Shown here: piece by piece, positions 13,069-27,625 of the stretch | Position numbering within the stretch: the first letter of the stretch is position 1 | How the letters are laid out: the number at the start of each line of letters is the position of its first letter | Assembly: GCA_951406725.2 (NCBI GenBank) | Contig: OX597819.1 | Span: 8,060,001 to 8,124,000, forward strand | Length of the DNA: 64,000 nt | Direction of reading: 5' to 3' | Origin: Octopus vulgaris | Taxonomy: Eukaryota | Made by a program: the position numbers and the translations under genes | Notes under the pieces: generated by a model | What the model was told of the DNA's origin: nothing | Databases searched by the model: none | What the model saw: the letters and a program-made list of their open reading frames with translations, nothing else

Positions 13069-13512
13069 TATGTAGGCGCTATCGAAATAAACACATATAA
13101 AACGCGCAGACAAGGCTATGTGGTGAGAAACCTGCATCACAAACATGTGGTTCTGATCCCATCCCATGGTATTTTGGTCAAGTGTCTTGGTCCCGTATTT
13201 TGATCCCGAATTTTGGTCAAGTGTCTTCTACTACAAGCCCTAGCCGACTGCGAGTGGATTTGGTAGACAGAAGCTGAAAGAAGCCCGTCGTATATATATA
13301 GTTAAGACTCAGTTGAATTTAGGTATTTAAATTGAGGGACCTTGCTAGTTCGGTATAATTTGCACACTCCAACGATATTATTTGAATATTGAATATCGAG
13401 GGGTATTTGTACCCAATATTCCTGTTGAGTTTGTAGACAACGTAACCCAACTAAATGAAGATATCTGCTCTTATGCGGATTAAATGGGATTGTATTCATT
13501 AAATGTTTGCAT

Positions 13513-13920
13513 AGGCGCAGGAGTGGCTGTGTGGTAAGTAGCTTGCTAACCAACCACATGGTTCCGGGTTCAGTACCACAGCATGGCATATTGGGCAAGT
13601 GTCTTCTGCTATAGCCTCGGGCCGACCAATGCCTTGTGAGTGGATTTGGTAGACGGAAACTGAAAGAAGCCTGTCGTATATATGTATATATATACAAGTG
13701 TGTGTATATATGTTTGTGTGTCTGTGTTTGTCCCCCTAGCATTGCTTGACAACCGATGCTGGTGTGTTTACGTCCCCGTCACTTAGCGGTTCGGCCCAAG
13801 AGACTGATAGAATAAGTACTGGGCTTACAAAGAATAAGTCCTGGGGTCGACTAAAGGCGGTGCTCCAGCATGGCCGCAGTCAAATGACTGAAACAAGTAA
13901 AAGAGTAAAGAGTAAGAGTA
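13513..13920 (+). mobile_element. tRNA-derived SINE, family B (about 400 bp, internal TA/TG tract, (GTAAAAGA)n tail)
   Basis: Head GGCGCAGGAGTGGCTGTGTGGTAAG...GGTTCAGT; many copies in the window; duplicate at about 24289-24696. Confidence 0.92.
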
Positions 13921-14622
13921 TGCCCAAATCGGTTAAGATATTGCTTCCGATTGTGCTCCCTTATGCATTTAGCATACCTCTATTTCAATTAACCCTTATA
14001 TTCGATACTATATTTTACGATATCTTATACTTATCCACCTGTAATGAAGAGAATAGCTCTTTTCGTTGCTTTAAAATGTATTATGTATATCTACCCATAT
14101 GATATTCTAATAGTGTTATAATTCACTTTAGAGTGTCTTTATCATGACCTTCTAAATAATATGCTTGGAATATTATTAATAATTTTTCTTATATATTAAG
14201 GTATCCCAATATCAAGTTTTAAATCTAATTTCTATCCTTATTCTATATATTGATTAAAATTTTCTCAGTTTAATATTATAAATTTGCTAAGTTATAATTT
14301 ACCACCACACCGATCTTTCAATTCTAATTTCCTCCTAAAGTCTATATTACTTATCTCTCATGGTTTTTTTCATTGTATTTCCCTTTATTTGATAATCTAA
14401 ATATGTACTGGCCACCCTGTCCTTCGTTCTTCCAGTTACCACCCCTTCTCCATCAGACGTTTTCTTACTACCAACCCTGCAACCCACCCTTTTATGTAGA
14501 CAAAGCTAAATATATGGTTCAGTACACTAGTGGAATGTCTGACATTAACTGATTTGCCGCCATTAACTAGAACACCGTTGACAACCCCCAACGGACTTCA
14601 TTCCAAATGGTTGAAGACTACA

Positions 14623-15021
14623 TCTTTATATATAAAAGTGTGGTTGTGTGCTGTCTGTCTCCTACGATTTAGATTCCTAACTACTCCCACATTTTGTGGG
14701 TGCAGTTTAACCAAAACCGGGTATCTTATAGTCGTGATTCATATCGAGCCCTTCTGGGTATTAGCGCGCGTCTACGATGAGTCTACGATTAAAAAAAAAA
14801 TTACCATCAATTTTCCCCATTTTTTATGCATTTTTGGCCTATATAAGGGAAGTAACTCTCTAAAAATGTATTATTAAATCTCAGAACGTAAAAAGCTACA
14901 GTAACACCCCCCCCCTTTTGTGGTTAGCCATATTGAGATGGCTGTTATACTTTACATCTCTAAAAATGCTTATATAGTTATTTCCCTTACAAACCCGAGC
15001 AACGCCGGGTGATACTGCTAG
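14623..15021 (+). mobile_element. Helitron H1 copy
   Basis: A|TC...CCCGAGCAACGCCGGG...CTAG|T; reverse complement of 7054-7446. Confidence 0.9.
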
Positions 15022-15214
15022 TTCTACATAAAGTCTCCTAGATATAAGTATCTACGTCGCCACCCTTTTCATATTGACCACTCTATTCCCTCTGCTACTC
15101 TCTAAATTATAGTAGGCTTAACAATGTATGCATTCTTTTCTAAACTCATTCTGCCACAGTCATAAATATTTTAATTTCCATTATTGATGTAAAATTGTTA
15201 AAAAATGGTTCATC

Positions 15215-15638
15215 GGCGCAGGAGTGGCTGTGTGGTAAGTAGCTTGCTAACCAACCACATGGTTCCGGGTTCAGTCCCACTGCGTGGCATCTTGGGCAAG
15301 TGTCTTCTGCTATAGCCTCGGGCCGACCAATGCCTTGTGAGTGGATTTGGTAGACGGAAACTGAAAGAAGCCTGTCGTATATATGTATATATATATATAT
15401 GTGTGTGTGGGTTTGTGTGTGTATATATGTTTGTGTGTCTGTGTTTGTCCACCTAGCATTGCTTGACAACCGATGCTGGTGTGTTTACGTCCCCGTCACT
15501 TAGCTGTTCAGCAAAAGTGACGGATAGAATAAGTACTGGGCTTACAAAGAATAAGTCCCGGGGTCGATTTGCTCGACTAAAAGCGGTGCCCCAGCATGGC
15601 CGCAGTCAAATGACTGAAACAAGTAAAAGAGTAAAAGA

Positions 15639-15640
<2 letters not shown>
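15215..15640 (+). mobile_element. SINE family B (duplicate at 25985-26410)
   Basis: Full-length match to the other family B copies. Confidence 0.92.
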
Positions 15641-15687
<47 letters not shown>

Positions 15688-15875
15688 TGTATATATAACA
15701 GGCTTTTTTCCGTTTCCGTCTACCAAATCCACTCACAAGGCTTTGGTCGGCCCGAGACTACAGTAGAAGACACGCGCCCAAGGTGCTAACAGTGGGACTG
15801 AACCCGGAACAGTGCAATTGGGAAGCAAGCTTCTTACCACACAGCCACACCTATAAACATACATACATACATACA

Positions 15876-15909
<34 letters not shown>

Positions 15910-16590
15910 CATACATACATACATACATACACACATACATGCATACATACATACATACATACATACATACATACATACAAACATACATACATATGCATAT
16001 GTATGTATATATTAAAAGTCAGGGTACAATATATATATATGACTATATAAGTTTCGTAATGGAAAATGGAAATAGGAAAATAGAAGAGAGTAAATATATA
16101 TTTTATTATTAATAGTCGGCAGATGTACAGAGTGACTCAGGGGCCGAGAGTTTCATGCATTGCGCGCGCACACACACGCACACTCACACACAAACACGCA
16201 TATGCGTATATGTATATATGTGTATAAGTATGTATGATAAGAGAGAGAAAGAGAGAAATATGTAAGTCACTTTCAGTAAATTGGTTTCATAGATTAGTGC
16301 ATAGTACATACAAACTGCATTGTTGTTGTTGTTGTTGTTTTTTAATTCATGATATTCGGTATTTTTCCATTGTTTCAGTTGGCACAGAGCCCAGACCATC
16401 TTGTTTCAAACTCTTTAGGGGACTCCGTTACATTTCCAAGAACAACAAAGTCACCTGGCTCTCCCATACATAGTTAATGACGGATAGATTAAAGTTTGAT
16501 GTTGATTATCACCAATAGGAAAGTCTGTCACCGCAATAATTGATATAACAAGTACATGTGAGGATCGTACCAGAAACATAGCCCCGCGTT

Positions 16591-16626
<36 letters not shown>

Positions 16627-16776
16627 CATATGTGTTTGTGTTTATGTGATCATATTCGATCACGTCTGTGTCTGTCTGGCAGACTCGTTGCGTTCCAGAC
16701 TTTGTTCTTACATAAACCGCTTTTCTTTATGTCCTTTGATGCACTTGTGTACCCCTAATGTTAAAAAAATTATATG

Positions 16777-16831
<55 letters not shown>

Positions 16832-17299
16832 ACATACACACAAGCACAGATATATATATATATTTACACGCATACACATATACATATATACTTATGTGTA
16901 CGTATGTGCGTATGTGCGTGTATATATATGTGTTTACGTCTGTGAAACTGTTTGAAGCTGTGTGTAGTGTATTTTCTTGTTATATTGCTATAAAGAAAGC
17001 CACACATATAACAAAGAACGCCGCTACATGAACACCACGAAACAATTATTAATCTATAGAAAAAAATCAATAATCTGCCTGCTATTGTGTATGCTCGCTC
17101 ATTCGATCATATTCGATCACATGTTAATAACTCACTACTGAATGGCAAATGGCTATAGCGATAGGTTGTCGGTCTACCAGTAAAAAGTCTCCTAGTTCGC
17201 ATACGTTCTCTGGAACATCGTAATGGTGTCCAATACCAAAAATATGTATTCTAATCAGCACGTTCCAATTTGATTTTGTTGGTATTATTATTGTCAAGC

Positions 17300-18290
17300 T
17301 AAAGGAGACGAGCTAGCAGATTCGTTAGCACGTCGGTCAAAATGCTTAGTGGCTTTTAGTCCGTGTTTACCTTCTGAGCTCAAATTCCGTCGAGGTCGAC
17401 TTAGCCTTAAATCTTTTTAGAGTCGATAAAATAAGTACCTGTTGAACACTGGAGTCGATGTAAACGCTTTATTCTCTCCCCTGAAATTGCTGGCCTTGTG
17501 CCAAAGTTTGAAACCCTTATTATTGTCAAGCTCTAAAGGCGACGAGCTAGCAGATTCGTTACCACGCCGGGTAAAATGTTTAATAATGTTTTGTCGGCTT
17601 TTATATTCTGAGTTCAAATTCCTCCAAAATCAGCTTTGCCTTTCGGGGCCGATAAAATAAGTGTCATTTAAAAACTGGGGTGATGTAATCAACTTCACTC
17701 TCCCCCAAAATCACTGGCTTTGTGCCAAAGTTTGAAACCATTATTATAGTCGAGCTGGAAAAGTCGTTAGCGCGTCGGACAAATAATGACTGTGTGGCAT
17801 TTTATCCGACTCTTTAAGCTCCGATTTCAAACTCTGCTAAAGTTAACTATTCCGTCCATTCTCTGGGAGTCAATCAAAATAAGTACAGTGAAGCACTGGG
17901 TCGATGTAATTGACTAACCCTTCAAGAGACAAATAGTTTAAGCTGTGCACAAAAATTGAATACTATGAAATATACATTGGTGACACATGTTTGAGATATT
18001 TCATCACGTGAGAGGTCGGAGAATAAAATTTGAAACCAATCGGTCATCGAGTTTGGCAGAATCGTAAGCACATCATTTCTTTCGACTCTTTCTGTTTTGA
18101 GTTCAAATTCCACCAAGGTCAACTTTACCTTTAACTCTATCGAGATCGATGAAATAGTACTAATCAAGTGCTGGAGTCAACGTAATCGACTTGTCCTTCT
18201 CTTCAAAATTGCTGGCGTTTTCAGAAATTAGAAATAAATATGCCCTGCAGTATATACTCCGGATTCTTGAATTCTGAGTTCAAATTCCAC
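17300..18290 (+). mobile_element. Head-to-tail cluster of 4-5 old, diverged family C-like SINEs
   Basis: Recurring gagctagcagattcgtta / tgagttcaaattcc / gtcgataaaataagtac / ggagtcgatgtaa motifs about every 220 bp. Confidence 0.75.
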
Positions 18291-18702
18291 CGTGGCCTAC
18301 GTAAGTGGAAGACTCAGCAGCACATGGGCCTTTGCTGGCTTTGGCAGAATCCTCTCTTTTGCTTGAGGAAACTTTCCTCTTTTCTTCCCACTAATATTAG
18401 AAACCAGGCAAACTCTCAGAGACACTGTAGTACGTCCTCACTAAGAAATAAAAATACGACACAAATAGTTTAGGTTGTGCACAAAAGCTAAATACAGTAG
18501 TGACACATGCTTGAGATGCTTCATCAGATGAGAGTTGCAGAAAGAGTAAGAAATCTGAAGCCTCAGGTATTTCAAATTCATTGAATATGTAATGTAGCAT
18601 TGGATGGCTGAAGACCCTTCTTTCAGATATATTGATTTCAAATTTTCGCACAAGGCCAGAAATTCGGAGGAGGGTTAAGTCAACTATATCGATTCTGTGA
18701 CC

Positions 18703-18933
18703 TGGCGGCGAGCTGGCAGAAACGTTAGCATGCCGGGCGAAATGCTTAGCGGTATTTTGTCTGCCGCTACGTTGTGAGTTCAAATTCCGCCGAGGTCGAC
18801 TTTGCCTTTCATCCTTTCGGCGTCGATAAATTAAGTACCAGTTACGCACTGGGGTCGATGTAATCGACTTAATCCGTTTGTCTGTCCTTGTTTGTCTCCT
18901 CTGTGTTTAGCCCCTTGTGGGTAGTAAAGAAAT
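18703..18933 (+). mobile_element. SINE family C (duplicate at 29482-29712), inserted in an older minus-strand SINE
   Basis: Full match to family C; flanked by an imperfect tatatcgattc..tgtgacct duplication. Confidence 0.9.
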
Positions 18934-19199
18934 ATATATATCGATTCCATTGTGACCTCGAAAGGATGAACAGCAAAGTCGACCTCGGAGGAGTTTGAGT
19001 CAAGAACGTATAGACGGACGAAATGCTGCAAAGCATTTTCTCCGGCGTGCTAATGATTCTGCCAGACCACCGCCTACCTCCTTTCAAATATATCTAACAC
19101 ATGCACTCCACACATGCATAGGTTTAAATAATATAATGACGCACATGTGCACACACATGCGCATATACATAAGCATATATGTGTGTGTATGTGTGAGTG

Positions 19200-19548
19200 T
19201 CTGAAATTTCTTTACTTGTGAAGATCATGGAAATCTTGGACTCGGTTAAAAAGATATATGACTATGGATTCAGTATCTAATATTTATTCCGCCTTCTAGA
19301 CTAAACTGAAATCTTTACATATTCAATCTATAAATATTCGTGGAAACCGTCCAGAAGAGTTGCAGGAGATTCCGAAGTTGTCTGGAGGGCTTGGTTGAAG
19401 CGGATGGCAATGTTATTGAATAAATTTACTCATTAGTATTTTAAGATATTTTTATGTAATTTTGGTGAATTTATTTGTTAAAATGAAATGTCAATGTTAC
19501 TTTCATTTTTGCGTAACTTAGACGACAATATATTCACAACACCCTGTA
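19200..19548 (+). mobile_element. Tc1/mariner 3' remnant (duplicate at about 29970-30318)
   Basis: Encodes FRSCLEGLVEADGNVIE*, resembling the C-terminus of Tc1-type transposases; ends CACCCTG-TA. Confidence 0.6.
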
Positions 19549-19926
19549 TATTCATCTTTCATCTTTTACTTGGGTCAATCATTACACTGCAGTCATGTTG
19601 GGACAACGCCCTAAAGGATTTTTAGTAGAACATATCACACTAATACTTATTTGGTCTTTAAGCCTGATACTTATTCCAGAACCGCTAAGTCACGGGAACG
19701 TAAACACACCAACGTCGGTTATAAGCTGTGGTGTGGAACAAACACGCACATATGCCTAGTCAAACAGCACACATATACGTGTAAACATATAGGATTAGCT
19801 CCTTTAAGTTTCTGTCTAACAAATCCATTCCCCTAGCTTTGGTCGACCCAACGCCATTGTAGAAGACACTCACAGAAAGTGCCACGAAGTGAAAGTGAAC
19901 TCGGCAACATATGATCGGGAAGCAAC

Positions 19927-19984
<58 letters not shown>

Positions 19985-19990
19985 TATGTA

Positions 19991-20360
19991 CTAGTAAAGA
20001 TGCGTGTGTGCAACAAACATGAAAAAAAAATTGTCTTCTAGGAAGAACATCTGAAAAATGAAAAACCTAGATAACGGATAATGCGGTACCGGTTTCACAT
20101 TTTTCAAAATACGCTTGACAAACGTATATTTGATTTATCTTCATCAGCTGCATAAACCTCGACATTATTTCAAATGTTGCAACATCTATACCAGTACACT
20201 CGTCTGAACGCCAAAACGTTAACAGAACGAGAACAGTGAAGAAGTTTCAATGAAAATAGTAATGCAATACGAGGGTATTGCTTTCCAGTAAAGGATAGCC
20301 CGTGAGGGTAAAATTATACATAAAAGTAAATAAATGGTACAACGTGTATATATGTACACG
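19991..20360 (-). mobile_element. Probable Helitron insertion present only in duplicate copy 1
   Basis: Minus strand 3' end CATGTTTGTTGCACACACG hairpin + CATCTTTA-CTAG|T; absent from the matching (TA)n tract at about 30700-30775. Confidence 0.6.
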
Positions 20361-20364
20361 GGTA

Positions 20365-20410
<46 letters not shown>

Positions 20411-20638
20411 TGCATACATATGTATATATATATTCTTTTATTTTTTTATTTGTTTCTGTCATTTGACTGCGGCCATGCTGGAGCACCGCCTTTTATCGAG
20501 CAAATCGACCCCAGAACTTCTTTTGTAAGCCTAGTACTTATTCTTTCGATCTCTTTTGCGGAATCGCTAACCTACGGGAACGCAAACACACAGGCATCGG
20601 TTGTTAAGTGATGCTGGGGGGACAAACACAAACACATA

Positions 20639-20689
<51 letters not shown>

Positions 20690-20966
20690 TATACATATAC
20701 ATACATGTGTGTATATATATATATGCATATATATATAAATATATGTATAGATACATATATATTCATATACATACATATACATATATATACATATATACAT
20801 ATACATATACATATATACATATATACATATATATTCATATATATATATACATACATATAAGTGAACAAAGTGTACGTACGCCGCTATATATATATGATTT
20901 TTGATTTGATTTGATTTTTCCAGTTTCAGCTAATGAGCTGTGGCCATGCTGGGGCACCGCCATTTA

Positions 20967-21000
<34 letters not shown>

Positions 21001-21519
21001 CATATACATATACAAATACAAAATTGGACAAGAACGCAAAACATCCAAATAGACAATACAAAAACACGGACGAAGCCTTTAAATCTTCAGTGAAGAACCG
21101 GATCATCCTCGCAATTCCGGCTATGCATATATGGGTACAAGACATAAAAAAAAAACTTTGAACACAATCAGAAACGAAAACATAAAAACAAAAACATAGA
21201 AAACGAACTGTTTTTCGAACAACGAAAAAAAACAGAGAAACGAGACATGCAACATAAAGAATATTTCCCTTCACCAGTTGTCCCTCTTTTATCTACCCTT
21301 TTTTCGAAGGCAAGGACAATACGCGACTTCATTAAAACAGTCCTTCCCGCAAAGCAAATTAAATAAAATTTGGGCTTTTTTTGCGGAGGGTGAAATTTGC
21401 TATGAATGATCCCTATAACTTGTTTTAGTCTAGTTTCCTGTTTGCTATGTAGTCTAATTTTCCGTATGTTGTTTTTTGTCGTGTTCCTACTGTCCTACGT
21501 TTGATATATAAATGAAATA

Positions 21520-21610
<91 letters not shown>

Positions 21611-21707
21611 CGAGAGTGACAGATGTCTGTCTGTGAATATGTGTATATTTATATATAAGTAACTATACGTTTACGTGTGCATTTATATATATTACACACA
21701 CACGCAC

Positions 21708-21746
<39 letters not shown>

Positions 21747-22052
21747 ATATCTATCATTCATGCAACATATTGAGAGTTTATATATAAACTTAATCTGATG
21801 AACTTTAATACGCATCGGTTAGTGTTAGATTAGTCAATGCCGAAACTTAATTATTAGCCACCACCTGTTGAAGCTATTTCAGTCATATTTTGGGTCCACC
21901 CGAGAAAGAGAATGTTATTAAATTAAGCATAGCCGGGTGTCAGTGGGTTTTTGTTTTAGTATTTTCTGGATTGTACGCCCCTCCCCCACAATACTCAAGC
22001 GCGCGTTCGTAATTCTTAGAATGCTTTCTAATAAACAAAGACATAAGGACTC

Positions 22053-22100
<48 letters not shown>

Positions 22101-22212
22101 ATACATATGCAAACACACACATATCTATGGATAAACACACACATATATATATGAGGATATGCATATACATATACATGCAGGCATAAATCTATATCTTCAT
22201 ACATTGGTGTAA

Positions 22213-22265
<53 letters not shown>

Positions 22266-22366
22266 TATGTATGTATATATATATATATACAATCATACGC
22301 GTACACAGAAACACACGTACACATTCACTCACACACACACATATTCATATGTATGTATATTTGCAT

Positions 22367-22466
22367 NNNNNNNNNNNNNNNNNNNNNNNNNNNNNNNNNN
22401 NNNNNNNNNNNNNNNNNNNNNNNNNNNNNNNNNNNNNNNNNNNNNNNNNNNNNNNNNNNNNNNNNN
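22367..22466. other. Assembly gap (100 N)
   Basis: Run of exactly 100 n. Confidence 1.
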
Positions 22467-22702
22467 CGTTTTTGATTGGTCCCAGGGTTTATTGTGGTGT
22501 ATTACATACAAACACACACACCCATATATTTCAGCCATGTAACTACACACGTGCTTTTCTCAGGATATTTTTTTCTTTTCTCCAGACATTTCCTCTGACG
22601 AAGATTTATGGTCAAAAGTCATACCTCCTTTTTCCTTCTTCAACTGGAGATTCACTGTCTACGTCTTTTGGGATTTTATTGTTTTTGCTTCATTTTTATT
22701 TG

Positions 22703-22770
<68 letters not shown>

Positions 22771-25700
22771 TTTTTGTATTTGCCTATATATATATATATG
22801 TACATTTTTTTATTTGCCTATATATATATATATACTCGACTCGACTAGACTAGACTACTCGTGACCCAATAGTTCAAGGTACCCGAAAAAACCGCGTATA
22901 TCGGGAATCTGTGATCCGATTTACACAAAACTTCTGTTATTCGTACTTCGGTGTGAAATAATTTTTTCTACAGGGTTTTTTCGAGTGCATTCAAGGCATC
23001 TCACCTTGAAACCCCCTGCACGCTACTTTCTTTTGGAAAAGAAACGGAGGAAGGTTGTAGGGATATCGGAGTATCCCACCAACGGAGTTTTGTTTCGTGA
23101 GTCTTTCGTTTCCAGGTTATTTCGCATACTTTCAACGAATGTGACATCGAAATCGCGCGTAAACGGCTCCTTTACACAGAAATGGCAAGATTTGGCTGCT
23201 ATTTCTTGCACGCCCTGCAACCACGTAACAACTATTTCGGGTCCTTCATCGCATATAGCTGTTACGTGGTAGTAGGGTGTGCTAGAAATAGCAACCAAAT
23301 CTTTGTAGGTGAGATATATTGAATGCACTCGAAAAAAACCCAAGGAAAAATTATTTCAAACCGAGTCTACGAACAAGCCTTTTTTATGAAATATTTACTG
23401 TATTTTTAAAGTCATTTTCACTTCAAATTATTTCTAAAATATACCAAAAAAGTACATTTATAATGGTATTCACTTAATGATTTTTAAAGATAATTTTTAA
23501 AAGTAATTTTCAAAAAGATTAAAGGAAGTTTAATTAAAGTTTAAAGGAAGCTAAAATATAAATACTTACTGTACAATCAACTTACATTTTTTAAATCACA
23601 TTCACTTAAAATATTTGTAGATGATTAAAATATTATGTTTAACAAAAGCGAAAATAGAAACATTTAGGGTAAAAAAAAACAAATCCTATGTTTTCGTTGG
23701 CAAGTCACCGAAATAATCAAAAGGTTAGAGTTTCATCCCTTTCAGTGTTAGGCTATTTTCGGAGTATTTTCCTATTATACGCTAGTTTGGCTACGTAACA
23801 TTGCAAGGAAGCAGGATTCAAATTCATTTTTAATATAATATAGATATGTAGGCGCTATCGAAATAAACACATATAAAACGCGCAGACAAGGCTATGTGGT
23901 GAGAAACCTGCATCACAAACATGTGGTTCTGATCCCATCCCATGGTATTTTGGTCAAGTGTCTTGGTCCCGTATTTTGATCCCGCATTTTGGTCAAGTGT
24001 CTTCTACTACAAGCCCTAGCCGACTGCGAGTGGATTTGGTACACAGAAGCTGAAAGAAGCCCGTCGTATATATATAGTTAAGACTCAGTTGAATTTAGGT
24101 ATTTAAATTGAGGGACCTTGCTAGTTCGGTATAATTTGCACACCCCAACGATATTATTTGAATATTGAATATCGAGGGGTATTTGTACCCAATATTCCTG
24201 TTGAGTTTGTAGACAACGTAACCCAACTAAATGAAGATATCTGCTCTTATGCGGATTAAATGGGATTGTATTCATTAAATGTTTGCATAGGCGCAAGAGT
24301 GGCTGTGTGGTAAGTAGCTTGCTAACCAACCACATGGTTCCGGGTTCAGTACCTCAGCATGGCATATTGGGCAAGTGTCTTCTGCTATAGCCTCGGGCCG
24401 ACCAATGCCTTGTGAGTGGATTTGGTAGACGGAAACTGAAAGAAGCCTGTCGTATATATGTATATATATACAAGTGTGTGTATATATGTTTGTGTGTCTG
24501 TGTTTGTCCCCCTAGCATTGCTTGACAACCGATGCTGGTGTGTTTACGTCCCCGTCACTTAGCGGTTCGGCCCAAGAGACTGATAGAATAAGTACTGGGC
24601 TTACAAAGAATAAGTCCTGGGGTCGACTAAAGGCGGTGCTCCAGCATGGCCGCAGTCAAATGACTGAAACAAGTAAAAGAGTAAAGAGTAAGAGTATGCC
24701 CAAATCGGTTAAGATATTGCTTCCGATTGTGCTCCCTTATGCATTTAGCATACCTCTATTTCAATTAACCCTTATATTCGATACTATATTTTACGATATC
24801 TTATACTTATCCACCTGTAATGAAGAGAATAGCTCTTTTCGTTGCTTTAAAATGTATTATGTATATCTACCCATATGATATTCTAATAGTGTTATAATTC
24901 ACTTTAGAGTGTCTTTATCATGACCTTCTAAATAATATGCTTGGAATATTATTAATAATTTTTCTTATATATTAAGGTATCCCAATATCAAGTTTTAAAT
25001 CTAATTTCTATCCTTATTCTATATATTGATTAAAATTTTCTCAGTTTAATATTATAAATTTGCTAAGTTATAATTTACCACCACACCGATCTTTCAATTC
25101 TAATTTCCTCCTAAAGTCTATATTACTTATCTCTCATGGTTTTTTTCATTGTATTTCCCTTTATTTGATAATCTAAATATGTACTGGCCACCCTGTCCTT
25201 CGTTCTTCCAGTTACCACCCCTTCTCCATCAGACGTTTTCTTACTACCAACCCTGCAACCCACCCTTTTATGTAGACAAAGCTAAATATATGGTTCAGTA
25301 CACTAGTGGAATGTCTGACATTAACTGATTTGCCGCCATTAACTAGAACACCGTTGACAACCCCCAACGGACTTCATTCCAAATGGTTGAAGACTACATC
25401 TTTATATATAAAAGTGTGGTTGTGTGCTGTCTGTCTCCTACGATTTAGATTCCTAACTACTCCCACATTTTGCGGTGCAGTTTAACCAAAACCGGGTATC
25501 TTATAGTCGTGATTCATATCGAGCCCTTCTGGGTATTAGCGCGCGTCTACGATGAGTCTACGATTTAAAAAAAATTACCAACAATTTTCCCCATTTTTTA
25601 TGCATTTTTGGCATATATAAGGGAAGTAACTCTCTAAAAATGTATTATTAAATCTCAGAACGTAAAAAGCTACAGTAACACCCCCCTTTGTGGTTAGCCA

Positions 25701-26408
25701 TATTGAGATGGCTATTATACTTTACATCTCTAAAAATGCTTATATAGTTATTTCCCTTACAAACCCGAGCAACGCCGGGTGATACTGCTAGTTCTACATA
25801 AAGTCTTCTAGATATAAGTATCTACGTCGCCACCCTTTTCATATTGACCACACTATTCCCTCTGCTACTCTCTAAATTATAGTAGGCTTAACAATGTATG
25901 CATTTTTTTCTAAACTCATTCTGCCACAGTCATAAATATTTTAATTTCCATTATTGATGTAAAATTGTTAAAAAATGGTTCATCGGCGCAGGAGTGGCTG
26001 TGTGGTAAGTAGCTTGCTAACCAACCACATGGTTCCGGGTTCAGTCCCACTGCGTGGCATCTTGGGCAAGTGTCTTCTGCTATAGCCTCGGGCCGACCAA
26101 TGCCTTGTGAGTGGATTTGGTAGACGGAAACTGAAAGAAGCCTGTCGTATATATGTATATATATATATATGTGTGTGTGGGTTTGTGTGTGTATATATGT
26201 TTGTGTGTCTGTGTTTGTCCACCTAGCATTGCTTGACAACCGATGCTGGTGTGTTTACGTCCCCGTCACTTAGCTGTTCAGCAAAAGTGACGGATAGAAT
26301 AAGTACTGGGCTTACAAAGAATAAGTCCCGGGGTCGATTTGCTCGACTAAAAGCGGTGCCCCAGCATGGCCGCAGTCAAATGACTGAAACAAGTAAAAGA
26401 GTAAAAGA

Positions 26409-26459
<51 letters not shown>

Positions 26460-26687
26460 TGTATATATAACAGGCTTTTTTCCGTTTCCGTCTACCAAAT
26501 CCACTCACAAGGCTTTGGTCGGCCCGAGACTACAGTAGAAGACACGCGCCCAAGGTGCTAACAGTGGGACTGAACCCGGAACAGTGCAATTGGGAAGCAA
26601 GCTTCTTACCACACAGCCACACCTATAAACATACATACATACATACATACATACATACATACATACATACATACATACATACATACA

Positions 26688-26721
<34 letters not shown>

Positions 26722-27574
26722 CATACATACATACATACATACACACATACATACATACATACATACATACATACAAACATACATACATACATATGTATGT
26801 ATATATTAAAAGTCAGGGTACAATATATATATATGACTATATAAGTTTCGTAATGGAAAATGGAAATAGGAAAATAGAAGAGAGTAAATATATATTTTAT
26901 TATTAATAGTCGGCAGATGTACAGAGTGACTCAGGGACCGAGAGTTTCATGCATTGCGCGCGCACACACACGCACACTCACACACAAACACGCATATGCG
27001 TATATGTATATATGTGTATAAGTATGTATGATAAGAGAGAGAAAGAGAGAAATATGTAAGTCACTTTCAGTAAATTGGTTTCATAGATTAGTGCATAGTA
27101 CATACAAACTGAATTGTTGTTGTTGTTGTTGTTTTTTAATTCATGATATTCGGTATTTTTCCATTGTTTCAGTTGGCACAGAGCCCAGACCATCTTGTTT
27201 CAAACTCTTTAGGGGACTCCGTTACATTTCCAAGAACAACAAAGTCACCTGGCTCTCCCATACATAGTTAATGACGGATAGACTAAAGTTTGATGTTGAT
27301 TATCACCAATAGGAAAGTCTGTCACCGCAATAATTGATATAACAAGTACATGTGAGGATCGTACCAGAAACATAGCCCCGCGTTTATATGTGTATGTGTG
27401 TGTGTGTGTGTGTAAGCGTATGCATATGTGTTTGTGTTTATGTGATCATATTCGATCACGTCTATGTGTCTGTCTGGCAGACTCGTTGCGTTCCAGACTT
27501 TGTTCTTACATAAACCGCTTTTCTTTATGTCCTTTGATGCACTTGTGTACCCCTAATGTTAAAAAAATTATATG

Positions 27575-27625
<51 letters not shown>

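Larger units (their letters stand above)
11686..22366 (+). repeat. Copy 1 of a ~10.5 kb near-identical tandem duplication
   Basis: Colinear with 22467-32815 (identical ORFs appear twice in the track); ends exactly at the N gap. Confidence 0.97.

Noticed and set aside
17925-18545. Two related fragments with TGATGAA...CAAACATGTGTC on the minus strand
   Set aside because: No GAAA box, no convincing stem II or stem I; too weak for a hammerhead call.
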